Assembly (NCBI GenBank): GCA_003693705.1
Contig: RBZT01000853.1
Coordinates: 1-64,000, forward strand
DNA from: Polymyxa betae A26-41
Lineage: Eukaryota; Protista; Endomyxa: Phytomyxea
DNA: 64,000 nucleotides
Reading direction: 5' to 3'
A program made the position numbers and the translations under genes. The stretch's first letter is position 1. Every line of letters begins with the position of its first letter. Under the pieces are notes generated by a model, which did not search any database, was not told the origin of the DNA, and was given only the letters and a program-made list of their open reading frames with translations. Shown here in pieces: positions 38,938 through 51,572 of this stretch.

Positions 38938-41629
38938 TCACGGAATGAACATGTGAATCTTCTGATCGGCACCGGCCGTGAAAAGCCACGGCTGATCCGG
39001 ATGCCATTGTAGGGCGGTCATACCGACTCCATCGACCGGAACATGAGCCCGAAGCACTTTCAATGGGACAATTACGGGATCCTGGAGCAGATCCTGACTG
39101 ACAGCACCATGAAGAACATGGGCGGTACCATCGTCCGAGGCTGTAGCCCATAACGGGTATCGAGCGTGGCATTGCACATCTCGTACAGCACCACGATGGT
39201 ACTTCAACGTTCGGAACGGTCTGGAGGAAAGCTGCATATCGTACCAGCAGACACGTCTACATTGAAGCATCAGAGAGCGATCAATACAGTCGGGGACATG
39301 AATGAAAAGTAAAAAGCACATTAGATGGAAATACGAGAAAAACCTGTAACCGATAAATAGGAAATATTCAGTAAAACAAACCTGTCAGCAGTTCCGCTAA
39401 TTAGGTGGTCTCCAGAGGGATGAATAGCGACCGTACTGATCCATCGGGCAGGACATGAAAGCTTCTTGACAAGAACTTGTTTCTGTAGATCGTACACACG
39501 TAAGCGGCGTTTTTCGGCCACAACCAGGTAGGGTCGGGTCGGATGGAATGTAGCATCCTGGACGGCGCCAGTCTTGGTTTTCTGGAAGGGAGCCTGCGTC
39601 GTTCTGGACGAGAATTGATGGATAAAGATTGGCTGCACAGCCGTATCCGATACAGAGAGTAGATAATCGCCCGATCGATGCCAGCAAAGGCGTTTCCCGG
39701 ACGCCGGCAATATGATTCGAACATGGTCGGCAACGACCTTCCAATCAACTTTGCATTTGGCGTTTGATTCGCTCGGCTCCACGCCTGTGAAAACGGTTCA
39801 GAAATGAAAACGAATCAAAAATGTGTATAACCTGTTGACAAAAGCCGGACAATCTCTTCGTCAGCCGTATTGGTAGCATTGACGATTTGGATGCTGGAGG
39901 AGGTTAGGATCGCCAAAAGAGCACGGCGACCAGAGGCTGGATTGAAGGAAACCTGGATAATCTAAACAGCATCAGCAGAATGAACGGAGCTGAAACGAAA
40001 TCCCTTTCAAATATCACAACACGTAACGTAAATAAATATCCGTATGTAGTATATAGTCAATAGAAAGCATAAAAAGTTAACGATAAATAATGTGCGTGGG
40101 TGAAAAAAAGCTAAGAATCGACAAATTATGAATGCGACTTGTGTAGGACAGAATCTGAAACGAAATTACCGGATCGGTAAAGTCCAGACGACGAAGCATA
40201 CGCCCAGTCTCGATCTCGAAGATACACACAGAGCAGTCCATAGATCCGGATGCCAGATACTGACCACAAGCAGACACCGAGATCGACGTGATAGTCATTG
40301 TTTGGCCACCATCGTACGATTGGCATAAACTCTAAATAGCCAATCAGCTATGAAAGCATTGAATAGGTATGAGGATACCTGTGGAAATGGCTTTAAAGTC
40401 GAGGGTTTGGGCAGCTTTGGCAGCAACGAATCCGGATCGATATTCAGACGATTGATACGTTTTCTCGGGCATAGATACAGATCCAGACAACGCTCGAAGC
40501 GTTCATGAACAAATCGTTCATAGAACGGAATCTCCCTGTGAGAATCGAAGCGTTGGGATAGGATCTGATTGCGACGTTCGTCGGCGTCCTTCTGGTTCCA
40601 TTCGTTGATCTCGTCTTCTTCTGGAAGATATTCGTCTGGTGGATTATACGACTCGGCATGACCCGGCAGGGTTGGCTTTGGAGCAGACACGACCGGTGGT
40701 GGACGATGCCGACTATCTCCGGTGTCTTCTTGGTCCCAGATTAAATAAGGTCCACTTTCTGGTTTGGTTTCTTCCACGAAAACGCCCGATCGAATACGTC
40801 TCACCAGAGATTCAATGATCTTCGACTCATGTTTCGATGGAATGAATCTGTAACAGGAGAATGAACACTTAACGAAGTTTGTAGATACAAGTTTGACTGA
40901 GAAGAAAACCTGGAAAATCGAAGACAATTTCCAAACTACGATAATAAAATTCAAATATGTCAAACCGTGATTTGTTGGGCGTCTGAGTATTGCCCAGTGG
41001 ATGTGGGAATTTCGGACATTCAGCACGGAATGTTTCCGAAGTTTCATCAAATTCAGCATGGGCATAGCATCCATCACGAATACGCTTCAACAGAGCAATG
41101 TCTTTTTTGCTTAAAACCACCTATGACCAAAGCTTAAGCGATGAAACAATTTTCTCTTCGAATAGTTTACATTGGCATCGTTTTCGGCGTCGTAAATGGT
41201 TCGACGCCCCTCTTTGGTCTGCGATTGCAAGAACTTATCGATGGCGCCCGCAGCGGCGTTTCGTGTAATCGGCCGTCCATCGATGTTATAGCCGAGATGG
41301 TCGAGTTCCTCGTACCAATGTTCGGGGATGGCGCCAGTACGGCGTAGCGGCCCCTCTTCGTCATCGGAATCGGAGAGTTCAGCGAGGTTAGCACCATGCG
41401 GTGTCGTCCAGGTTAACTTCTATGAAAATGACCGTTAGGCAATGCCTGCAAATTCCGGACGGCGGTTTACGCGATCGAGAGGGAGATCCTGGTCAGATTC
41501 AGACATGGAATCAATGACTGCGGAATCATCAGATTCATTCTCAGATTCCGAGCTGATCTCTGATTCGGAAAGAGACTCGTCATCGCTAACGAATTCGTCG
41601 TTGTCCTGCACGAGTTCTACTACAGCCAT
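38938..41629 (-). CDS. BOP1: Ribosome biogenesis protein BOP1/ERB1
   Basis: RFIPSKHE, LPGHAESYNPPDEYL, ERFERCLDLYLCPR, WD40 repeats, C-terminal WHPDQPWLFTAGAD. Confidence 0.96.
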
Positions 41630-42531
41630 TTGGATGCAGTTTGAGAGTCCTCGATCCTATAGGGTCTCGGAGTCCGTATCGGAGTGCGCAGTTTTTGAGT
41701 TTTCTCTGGATTTTCCCAGAATTGCGAATCATGATTTCAACCATCTACCGGAATTGAGGATTTTCCGGTTCATCGATACAGTTGAAAATACATTCAAATA
41801 GGAGTAAATGCATTTGTTAAAATGTTCGGATCGCCCAAATCCTACATTAATGTAAAGCTTACTGTTTTGGTTTCAGCAAAATTAATTGATTTGGTGCTGG
41901 GAACAATCTTGAAATTGAGGGCGTGGTCGGGATAAGCTTTTGCAGAAGTCTTTGGCAGCAGTAGAGAGCGAATCATGTTTATTATGAACTGAGGCTGAGC
42001 GTCATGGAAATACGCAAGCAAGTGTTGAACGATCGATCAGATAGCGAACCGTAATGCTGGTGGAATTCAGTTTCACAAGGAATAGGCAGATATATATAGA
42101 TTCTGGTGCCAGAAGCCCAAAACACAGCACATCCTTTATAGATGCTCATCATATGCTCTAATCTGAAAAATTACTGCTGAATACAATCTAGAGCGCTAGA
42201 TGCTCCATTGTAATACCATTTTATTCCTGATAATGAAGTTCCGTATAGCATAACTAACGAGGCGATTGCCAACGAGCAATTATAAGAAAGTAAGGCTCAG
42301 AGTCAATCAAGAGAGGCCGATCAAATACCTTAGATGTAACAGAGTCTGATTTTGAACCTATTCAGTCTTTTGTTGGTTATTTGTTACGTACGATTTGCAA
42401 TATTGCGTTCATTAGTAATAATCTGCAGCTGTAGTCTGGAAGCTGCCAAGATCTCGATAACGAAAGCAAATCGTTATCTATGGGACAGTCGTTCAGTCAG
42501 CAGACCTTGTAATGATTTCGTACTCGCGAAT

Positions 42532-44096
42532 ATGTCCTCTAAGCATGAAGCTACCAGGAAGGTTAATGCCAAGATGGCGGTCTCACGATTATCGTTAATG
42601 CGATCCAAAAAGTAACCAACTTTCTGTTTTTTTGCACAAATTACAACTTGAGTTTGTCGAGTTTCTAAAATTCACTCTCAATTTTGTTCTCAACGTTAGT
42701 TTAGGTCAAACCTGCTGCAGTCGTTAGGAAGGGAGATTGCAAATCTGTTATCCCAGGGCAAAGTACCTAACGCTGAAATCAAATCCGAATCCTTGATTCA
42801 TGAAGAGGTTGGATTATAGCTTTAAATAATCCGATCTTAATCTTTGAATCCAGAATCTAATTATTGCAACTGAAATATTGGAACTTCATTGCGAAAAGTA
42901 TGCAATATACTGCTGCTGAATCTTTGGGATTCAGATGAGTGTTTAGGATAGCAAGCCGAGTGGGGCAAATTGCTTCACAACAGAAATGCCCAGAAGACAT
43001 TTTCATCTCGATTGGTACATTTTGTCAAGATTTAGCAGTTGGTGCTTATTAGCATTCAGCTACAATTGTCTATTGCAGTACGCGTTTGCCCGTGCCTGAA
43101 TTTAAAGGAATCGCCACACAAATGGCACTCAAATATACCAAGGTAACTGTTTATAACAAATTGCTGCATTTGGCGCCTTGCTTGCTGATAGTAGCAATTT
43201 TTTTCGATATTCAGGCGTCTGATTATCGTTTAGGCTTGGATAATGTAAGAGTTGGCTATAATGGCAACAGTTGCTGACAGCGACCATAAACCAGGCCATT
43301 AAATGATAGAAAGCAATACGTTGATCCTAAAGTTCTCGCTCTTATTGATGTCACGCCACCAAATCGTTCTGAAATCGTCAAAAGGCTGACGGAGCTAGCT
43401 GCAGAATTCAATGTCGAATATGAGGCCCCAGAAGTTTGTCCTTTTAAAGCTGTCTCATCATTCGTTGAGTTTTATATCTTAGGAGGAAATCCAATCAAAT
43501 CCAGTATCCTCTGCAAAAGTACAGTAAATGATATTTCTGCGTGATTGAAGCGACTTATCTTTGCTCCAGGATGCAGCCTTGAAACTTGACACTTTGGCGA
43601 AGGTCTGAATAATTGCCTAATTTTGCTTTATCGGTACTGAAGCTGATTGCATTGGGTCAGCCGGCTTCACTGCTGCTCTATGAGAATGAAACCAAAAAAC
43701 CCGTTATTGTCGTATCTCCAAAACCGTCCCAAAGGGAATCCGAGCTTCAAGAGCTAGAATCTCTGAAAGCTGCCGCTGAAGGATCACTTGCTAGCGAACT
43801 TGCTGCCCTGCCTGGCTCGGAAGAATTAGGTACTGCGTTGATTTTCTTGATCCTGCATTTTGGGAGGTTTTCGCGCGATGATGAACGCGATTGCTAATCT
43901 TGGCCTCACTAATGGCTTGCATTCAGATCTGAAATTGCCAGAGCTAGGCGACAGCGAAGCTGCAGATGTGCGTGAACTAGATGAAAAGAAAGACGGCTGT
44001 CAGGCAAGCCAGGACAACAACGACAACAACAGCAGCGCCAGCACCTCAGATGTCGATGCGTTGATGAAGAGACTTAATGCACTAAAAGCACCTTAG
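42532..44096 (+). CDS. IST1: IST1-like ESCRT-III regulator
   Basis: KMAVSRL, REIANLL, ESLIHEE, EILELHCE, TIVYCSTRLPVPEF; C-terminal MIM-like DALMKRLNALK. Confidence 0.88.
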
Positions 44097-44765
44097 AACC
44101 CGAATCGGAATCGGTTTGAGTTCTGTATCACCCTTTCTTTAATTGGCTCAACAGAGCAGCGCTGTTGGGAAGACTACAAAGCTGTCTTCATCTGGGCGCT
44201 ATTCAGGCTAGCTGACAGTGATAAATAGTTTGATCAGTTCAGAAAATAATAGACCATGCGCATTCTAGATCGGGATGAGAATTGAGATTTCTGATCCAGT
44301 AGCGATGCTGCTGTCAGTGTCGACATGACCTGAAGGCGACATCGGTTCTTGCGATGGGGAAGAACTCTCAAAGCGTTCTCCATGCTTCTTTTTCTCGGCT
44401 CAAGTTGCAGTTCCTAGGGTATTAGACTACGCGTCGATTATCTGCGACCGGCGACAATGTGATCGCCGATCACCCTGTCTCGTCTTAATCAGAAAAAAAC
44501 AGGCCTCGATATCCTCCTGTTTGTGGACATCGAGTTGACAGCTTTAGAGGAATACCCTCCAAAAGTATTTTGTAAAAGCAGCTGAATATAAAAGAAGGAA
44601 CGCCATTCTTGGCGTGAATGAAGTTTCGAGTACACAATAGTCAATAGAGCAGTTTGACAACGAAAGTTGTCTCGAGACGTTTCTGGCGCTGGTACGGCAA
44701 TTCTCCCAGAAAGGATCGCCAGGTTTTATTACCTTTTTATGATTCCAGGCCGGTTTTGATTGCTT

Positions 44766-45836
44766 TTAAAGATGCAGAAAAGTTCTGTGATTTCTGTCAT
44801 TTTCAACAGCAGCATACGTATACTTCCATCGAGACGGCTCGAGGTCACTCTGAGGCCGTATAGCTTGCAGAACAACAGTACCGTGGGATTTGGCACCTTT
44901 AAGAGGAATCCTTACATTAACGACTTCTGAGCTGATTCGGCCTGTCATTCGCCCATTGATTTGTACATTGTCTCCCAAAACCTTCAGCACAATTCTGCAA
45001 CGCGCTCAGAAAGGTTATCATTTTGCAAATCAGAGGAAAGTTACGGATTAGATCGTGCAATTTTGATCAATTTGATACCCGTGAAGCCGCCACGTTTGTT
45101 GAATCGCCATGCAGAGAACAATCCAATTCCAACAGCGCCCAGAACTGCAAAATTACCAACATAACGGAAGGTGCTCGATACGGGTGTTTGACCGGAAACC
45201 ACCAAGAGCTCGGCAGTCACTCCTTCAGAGCATAGAGTGTACTTGTAATTATTCCATGGGCACTCAACCGACAAATTCGAGTCTGTGATGGAAACAGAAG
45301 CTGTTCCATTGTCGCACGTCATCTGTAAGATGCAATGACTAAGCTGAAGAAGCCGTGAAGAAGAAACAAAGAATAGACAACGTGGATGCAATCGGAGAAA
45401 ATCTGTAGAGAAAATCTGCATTGGCGTTGCCTACTGAGGGTTCTGAAACGCAACCAATCAGTTAATGGCATGAACGAAAGTGATTCTTTATACAATAAAA
45501 TTGATAATCTAATAGTTTCACAAAAAAGCATTATGCAACCCAGGCCTCATCGCAATAAAACCAACTTTCAATGCGATGTCGTGCTGATACCTTGAAATCG
45601 AAGCGTTCATTGCCGTTAGAATCAAGATAACGGAGTACACGGGGCCATTTCGTCTGAAAGGTGCCCGAGTTACCCAGAATTTGACACAGCATCTCACTGT
45701 TCATAATGGTTTTCATACCGCGCTGAATCCGTTCATCGCTGGAGCTGACAGACATCAAGAACGCCTTAGAGGCGGCTGCTAAAGCAGCCGAACCTAGTCC
45801 AATAAAAGCCCATGATCGGACTGTTAATCGTTCCAT
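44766..45836 (-). CDS. Protein with two TM + Tim21/Coa1-like modules
   Basis: Module 1: TM..MNSEMLCQILG..RYLDSNGNERFDFK|MTCDNGTASV. Module 2: TM..ARSNP..VLGDNV..VRIPLKGAKSHGTVVLQA..WKY. Confidence 0.6.
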
Positions 45837-46020
45837 TTTCAAAAATGGCGATTTAAGGCAACGTCAATGATTGCAAGTGAGCATAAACATTTGCGCTGTA
45901 ACGTAAAGCGGCGCGGCCTGGTTTGTTGCTCCGAGCTCAAAACATTAGCAAAATTGTCTAAAATTTCTCAAAGCGGTCCTATCTTTGGACTGATATAGGG
46001 GCCATTTTAGAGAAGCAGTC

Positions 46021-48612
46021 ATGTTGGCCATACTGCTTCATGCGGATCAGACGCCAGGATCACCGACTACGTCCAGCTCCCATGATTTTGTCGGCCTCAA
46101 CACATTTCTCTTCGTGCTTATTATCGGGGTCTGCCTGTTTCTCGCCAGGGTAAAATGATATTTTTTCAAGCACGTTGAGGCTTTGTTGATTCTGAGCGCT
46201 GCTTAATGCATTTTATGACAAAGCTTCCGCTGTCTTTAATTTGAATGGGTTTTCTCCATCTTGCCTCGGATAGTGTTTGCGACTTTCTACTTTTCACTCT
46301 CCCATACCTTTTTTCTGAAGTTATAATAACAGCTGTTGTAGGTCATTCGGGAATATAGATTTCAGTACATACCGGCTTCAGCAGCTAGCATGCTTTTCGG
46401 TGTCGTAATCGGATTCATTATACTCTTTATTGGACGAGGTTCAACGCTGAGTTTTCAAACAGTCTTGTGCGTTGAGTGTTGTGATTCCTAGAGGAAACCG
46501 AATATGTTTGGTTTCAACCGAATCTCTTCTTCTACGTTCTGCTTCCACCCATCATATTTGATGCAGGATTCAGTCTAAAAAGGGTACTTTCTAACAAACG
46601 AACGACATCCGAATCGTCCTGAACGTAAATTTAGAAAGATTTTTTCCGGAATCTAGCCACGATCATGATGTTCGCCATTTTCGGAACGTTGGTATCGACG
46701 GTTGGTGCTTTTTTCCCATCACTGCTTCTTCTACTTATGTCACTTAGCTTGTAATCGGTTACTTCTTATATGGGCTTGCTAAGATCGGGTTTGTTGGGCT
46801 GGATCATTCCAACCCACTTGAATGGTGCATAAGTTTCGATTACTACATCATCATTGTTGATGTTGCTATAGCTTAACGTTCGCATCACTTCTATCTGCTG
46901 TGGACCCAGTCGCCACGTTATCGATTCTTGGATCACCTGATATCAATGCGGATCCGTTGCTCTATAGCTTGGTGTTTGGCGAGACAGTTCTTAATGACGC
47001 TGTATCAATTGTGCTGTTCAAGTATTCGCTGTTACAGTTTCCGTTTAATTCCTTCGGTTTCGTTACTCTCTTTTCCATCTCTCATCTAACCGTAAATACA
47101 TTATTTTGTTTACGCCTCTTAATTATCACCTTATCAAACGATCGCCTGATGCCATATTAGGACTTTCCAGCAAGCGGTGCCTACTCCGGAATCAACGTTC
47201 TCCATTGTGTCAATCTTTAGTAGTTTTGCGGGCGTTTCCATCGCCTCCACCATCGTCGGCATTGGGTAAGTATTTGAATTCTGTCCAATTCCTCTTCTCA
47301 CGAGATATCAGTGTCGCGCTGCTCTGCGCTTATGTATTCCGCTGTGTCGAGTTCAAGCATTCCCCTGCACACGAATACACACTCCTGTTCCTATTTGCAT
47401 ATTCGTCGTACTGTCTATCAGAGATCGCCGGGCTATCAGGAGGTTCCATCGACATTTACTCTGATTTCTGCTATGTGATTTATCTTGTTATCAGTCATGT
47501 CGTTATTTGTGTGTGGAATTGTCATGCATAACTATGCCTGGTACAGCCTATCGAATATATCGCGCCGATCAACGAAACACATATTTCACAGTTTTGCGCT
47601 GCTTTCAGAAACGTTCCTGTTCGCTTATCTGGGCATTACTGCTGGTGATGTCAGGCTATCACGAAGCGATAAAGTTTTGACGTGCTGGTTAGGGATTTCT
47701 GTGAAACCTGAGATTGGACTAAAATGGTCTCCCATTCTTATCTTCTTTACACTGTTCGCCTGCTTCTTATGTAATACTAAGTCGAGATTTTGCTGTGCTC
47801 TTAGTTTGATAATGCCTTTCCGCAGCTCGAGCGATGCATGTTTTCCCTGGTTCATTTCTAGCCAATCTCCGGCGAAATCGCAAAATCTCACTCCCTATGC
47901 AAATCGTTATGTGGTTCGCTGGTCTTCGAGGTATCAGCTTTACAAAGTTCATTTGAATCTTCGTCAATATTTTTCCTATTTGTTCCAGTTTCGTTTTGTT
48001 AAGCATTTCTATTCCGTCCTAATCTGCTGTTTCGTGTCTCAAAAGTTGATCTGAATCGTAATTGGGTTTATTATTTGTTTTGCCAGCACCAGAGTGGAAT
48101 TTAATCTCTCTCAGGGGCGGTCTCATTCGCGTTGGCGCTGTCGGTCGAGAGTCCAAACAGATCGGTGATAATCACAACGACCTTGACAGTTGTCTTCTTC
48201 ACCACCATTGTTTGTGGTGGTCTAACAGGTTCCAGACTTTGTCGTATATTTAATCACTTTATTGATAAGCTCCGACTAGAACCGCTACTGTCAAAACTGA
48301 ATTTGAGGCGTGACGGAAATGATGTTCGAAATCCCTTAATGCTCAATGAGTATAATGATTCTGAAGACGACGTCGATGATCGCAATTCACGTCCTACGAC
48401 TCCTGCTCTTGGTGGCATTCAGAAACTGTGGAACACCTTCGATGACACCGTATGCAACTTTTGCCAAATTTATATTATTCATCTACTGACGTCATTCTAA
48501 TTAGTATATGAAAGTGTGGTTTGGTGGACCATCACATAGCCGCCATGGAAGTAGTGAATCGCAGCAGATCTTATCAGTTCGTGGTACTAGCCCATCTGAT
48601 GTCGAACTGTAA
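46021..48612 (+). CDS. CPA1 Na+/H+ exchanger (NHE8/NHX-like)
   Basis: FFYVLLPPIIFDAGFSL, FAIFGT, SAVDPVATLSI, LVFGETVLNDAVSIV, SETFLFAYLG, WFAGLRG. Confidence 0.95.
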
Positions 48613-48943
48613 CTCAGTAATCTGATCATTTATTAATTCATATCATGTATAATATAGCCTAGTAATCGATCTAATTATGCTCGGTTTTTGTAAACTCTAC
48701 CACTCATGCTTTCAACTGACTCAACACTGCCTTGACCCTGCATCTACTCCCAGTTAAAAATTCGATTGAATCAAAATTTTGCAGTTACCATTCTAATGAC
48801 ATTGGTTAGCTTCAGGCACGTGCCAGAATTTGGAGGACCAGAACAGAACCCGCCCATGAAGTTACGTCATTAAGAATGAGTCATTATCAGTCATCACCGG
48901 ACGCAACTGAGAATCAAATAATCGGCAAGAACTTTATGTGTTG

Positions 48944-51310
48944 ATGTGGAATGTAGTCGTACTAGTCCTGTTCTTGTTGTCGAGCAAAGCTTCAGGCGAT
49001 TGTTTCACGACTGCTGTCAGGTCGACTGCCGACTGCTTCCAGGCAATTACCTGCGATGCACCAAGCACCATCACCATTCAAATGGATGCATGCCGGAAGG
49101 CGTTCAACAGCGGTATTGTTAAATCTGGCTGTTCCGAACAGGTTCGAAGACGTCGCCTGCAGCAATGTTTTCTTGACAAAAATTTTGAAGGCTACAATAA
49201 CGCCGGCGTCGATCATTGCCGTTGTCAAAGCGTTGATTGTATCATCGGAAGCGAATGAATGCACTGCCGGCGTCAAGTTTCCTGCCGAAGAAATAGCCAC
49301 AGCGTTACGGCAGCAGATCGCCACCGTCGATGCGAAAGAAGCCGCCGCTGGTGTTAGTGATGATGATCTGGTTTTAACCAAGAAAAAGAAAGCGGCTGAG
49401 AGCCCATTGCTGATCACGGCTGATGACAATCAGGAAAGGTGATAATGGAGCTTTTACAATATTTGATCAAAGACGATTGAAATTTGCATAGCACCGGTAA
49501 AAGTACCAAACAAAGTCCTCAAAATGCTCTTACTTCAACGTAACTAATATTGTCGATTGCTCATTGTTGTTTGTTGCCATTTTACTGAATCTTCTCTCAA
49601 CCAGTTCATGAACCGTTATCCAGCTTTTTTGGGTAGTTGAGTTCCTCAATTATTTTGGCAATGGTGTCTGGACTTTCCTTTGACGTTATTTCTCGTGTTT
49701 CTTTCCCATTAATATCATCCTTTATCGAAAAGTGACTTTTTTCGAACCCTGTTTAGGAAGGAAACCGCCGAAATCAGTTCTGCGATCAAATCGTCGATCC
49801 AAGATGGTGATCAAGAAGATAGTGGTGAGACCACCCGTTCAGTGGGTAGTAAGCCTGGATTTGGCTCTTTTTTGTAACAATCGATCATCATAATCAAAGC
49901 AGTTCTGACATGATTTTCAGGAAGAAAGTTGGTGGAGTGGTTGGAGGTGTCGCTGGAGGTGTCGCTGGAGGCATCACACGCTCGAACCCGCTCTTGAACG
50001 CAGCCGGCGGTGTACTCGCCCAGAAGAGGGCGACGACGCCGGCCCCCGCTAAACCAAGTTCGGGACCATCCGATGACAGCGCGGCGGCGGCTGTAGCCAA
50101 TGCTGGTGCAGCTGTGGCCAGTGCTGGGGCTGCCATTGCCAAGACCTCGGCCGGTACGACCATGATCATGTCCTGGGGGGTTGTGCTTAAAAAACTGGCA
50201 TTCAGATGAACATGACGAGAAGGACGTCTCAAAAGATAAGAAAGGTAATCATGTTGTATTGTGTTTCATATTCACAGATTCGTTCAGAAAATTTCCCTTT
50301 TCTCCAAATGTTGTATTGATTATGGCGATAGGACACGACTCGGATACGAAAACGCCCGAGATCGTAGCAGGTATAAATGATCATCACTTTTTGGATCAGT
50401 TTCGACCTTCTTCTATCATTGTGATACTTATTCAGTTGAACACAATGGCAAGCTAGCGAAAATTGTCGAAGGTATCCACTTTGTGCTTGAAATTAGCTTT
50501 CTGAGGTTATTCCTAGTCGGAGATGAAAAGAGCCTAGCACCAAAGACCAAAATCGTCAATGGTATTATATCAGACGGTATGATTTTCTCGATCAACAATT
50601 CTTTTTTGTAGTTGAAGACGATGATCACGAAGTCGGTGAGAAAGCCCCGAAAACGTCCAAACGTCACGTCTCCGAGGACGACGACGATGACCGACGATCA
50701 TCGCCGCGACCAAAAACCGGTAGAATGTCGTGATTTTACCATTTCCACCAGTGGTGTGACTTCAGTAAAAGTTGCTTCGGGAGACCCATCTGTAATTGTT
50801 GATAGCCGTGGCCGATTCAGTATTCCAGATGATGAACTAGTGAAGCCCAAACTACCCTCAGAAGTATCCAGAACGTTTCTGTGGTTTCATACCTGCTAAT
50901 ATAGCTTTGTTGCAGAAAGGGGCCGTATCAGGACGTACTGAACAAGTGACTGAAATTGTCAGTTGTTGTCTTGGGGTTGGTATGACTTCATTTCTGAATA
51001 TTGGACAGAAGACGACGACAAAGTCAGTGTCCGGTAGTAATAGCGGTGATGAGATATCCACTAAATCTGCTCCATCTGTCGTGAATAATGGTACAACTGA
51101 GAAATCCTCTAAATCTGCTCCATCTGTCGTGAATAATGGTACAAAGACAACTTGAGCTGCATCGGTAATTGTTCATGTTGTTTGATGACAGAACCAGTAG
51201 CTGTAACATCAACTATTAACTGGTTACTGATTGGCCTCTTGGCTGGCGCAGCCATCATTGTTCTGATCGTCATCTTCATCGCAATCAGAAGAATTAGTGC
51301 CGCGGCCTGA
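48944..51310 (+). CDS. Predicted type I membrane protein: signal peptide, Cys-containing N-domain, low-complexity stalk of short exons, C-terminal TM
   Basis: MWNVVVLVLFLLSSKASG signal; about 14 exons join in frame; ends WLLIGLLAGAAIIVLIVIFIAIRRISAAA*. Confidence 0.7.
51061..51144 (+). repeat. Tandem duplication, 48-nt period (36 nt identical)
   Basis: CTAAATCTGCTCCATCTGTCGTGAATAATGGTACAA at 51061 and 51109. Confidence 0.95.
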
Positions 51311-51572
51311 TCGTCTCTCAACAACAAGGTTCGTCGAGTTGACAATTGGGGAGGTCCGAGACGGAGCAGTACGACGTGGTATTGGCACGATTTATATCCA
51401 TGAAGAGAACGTGCTAATCGGACTTTTCTAAGAGCGTCGTTCTTTCATCCGTTCGCTGTTTTAACGAAACGAATAAACATGGTCCGGAATAACCTTCGCT
51501 AATGAACCTGATCCAATGAGACTGTACGACCTGGCGATCTTGGGGTAGGAGGTGTTCGAGGGTGGGCGGCCA

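Noticed and set aside
44150-44385. Short minus-strand ORF MEKRFESSSP..
   Set aside because: Under 60 aa, no recognisable motif and ambiguous splicing.
50472-50480. GTATCC donor as a U12-type intron
   Set aside because: It reads GTATCCAC rather than GTATCCTT, and no U12 branch site is visible.
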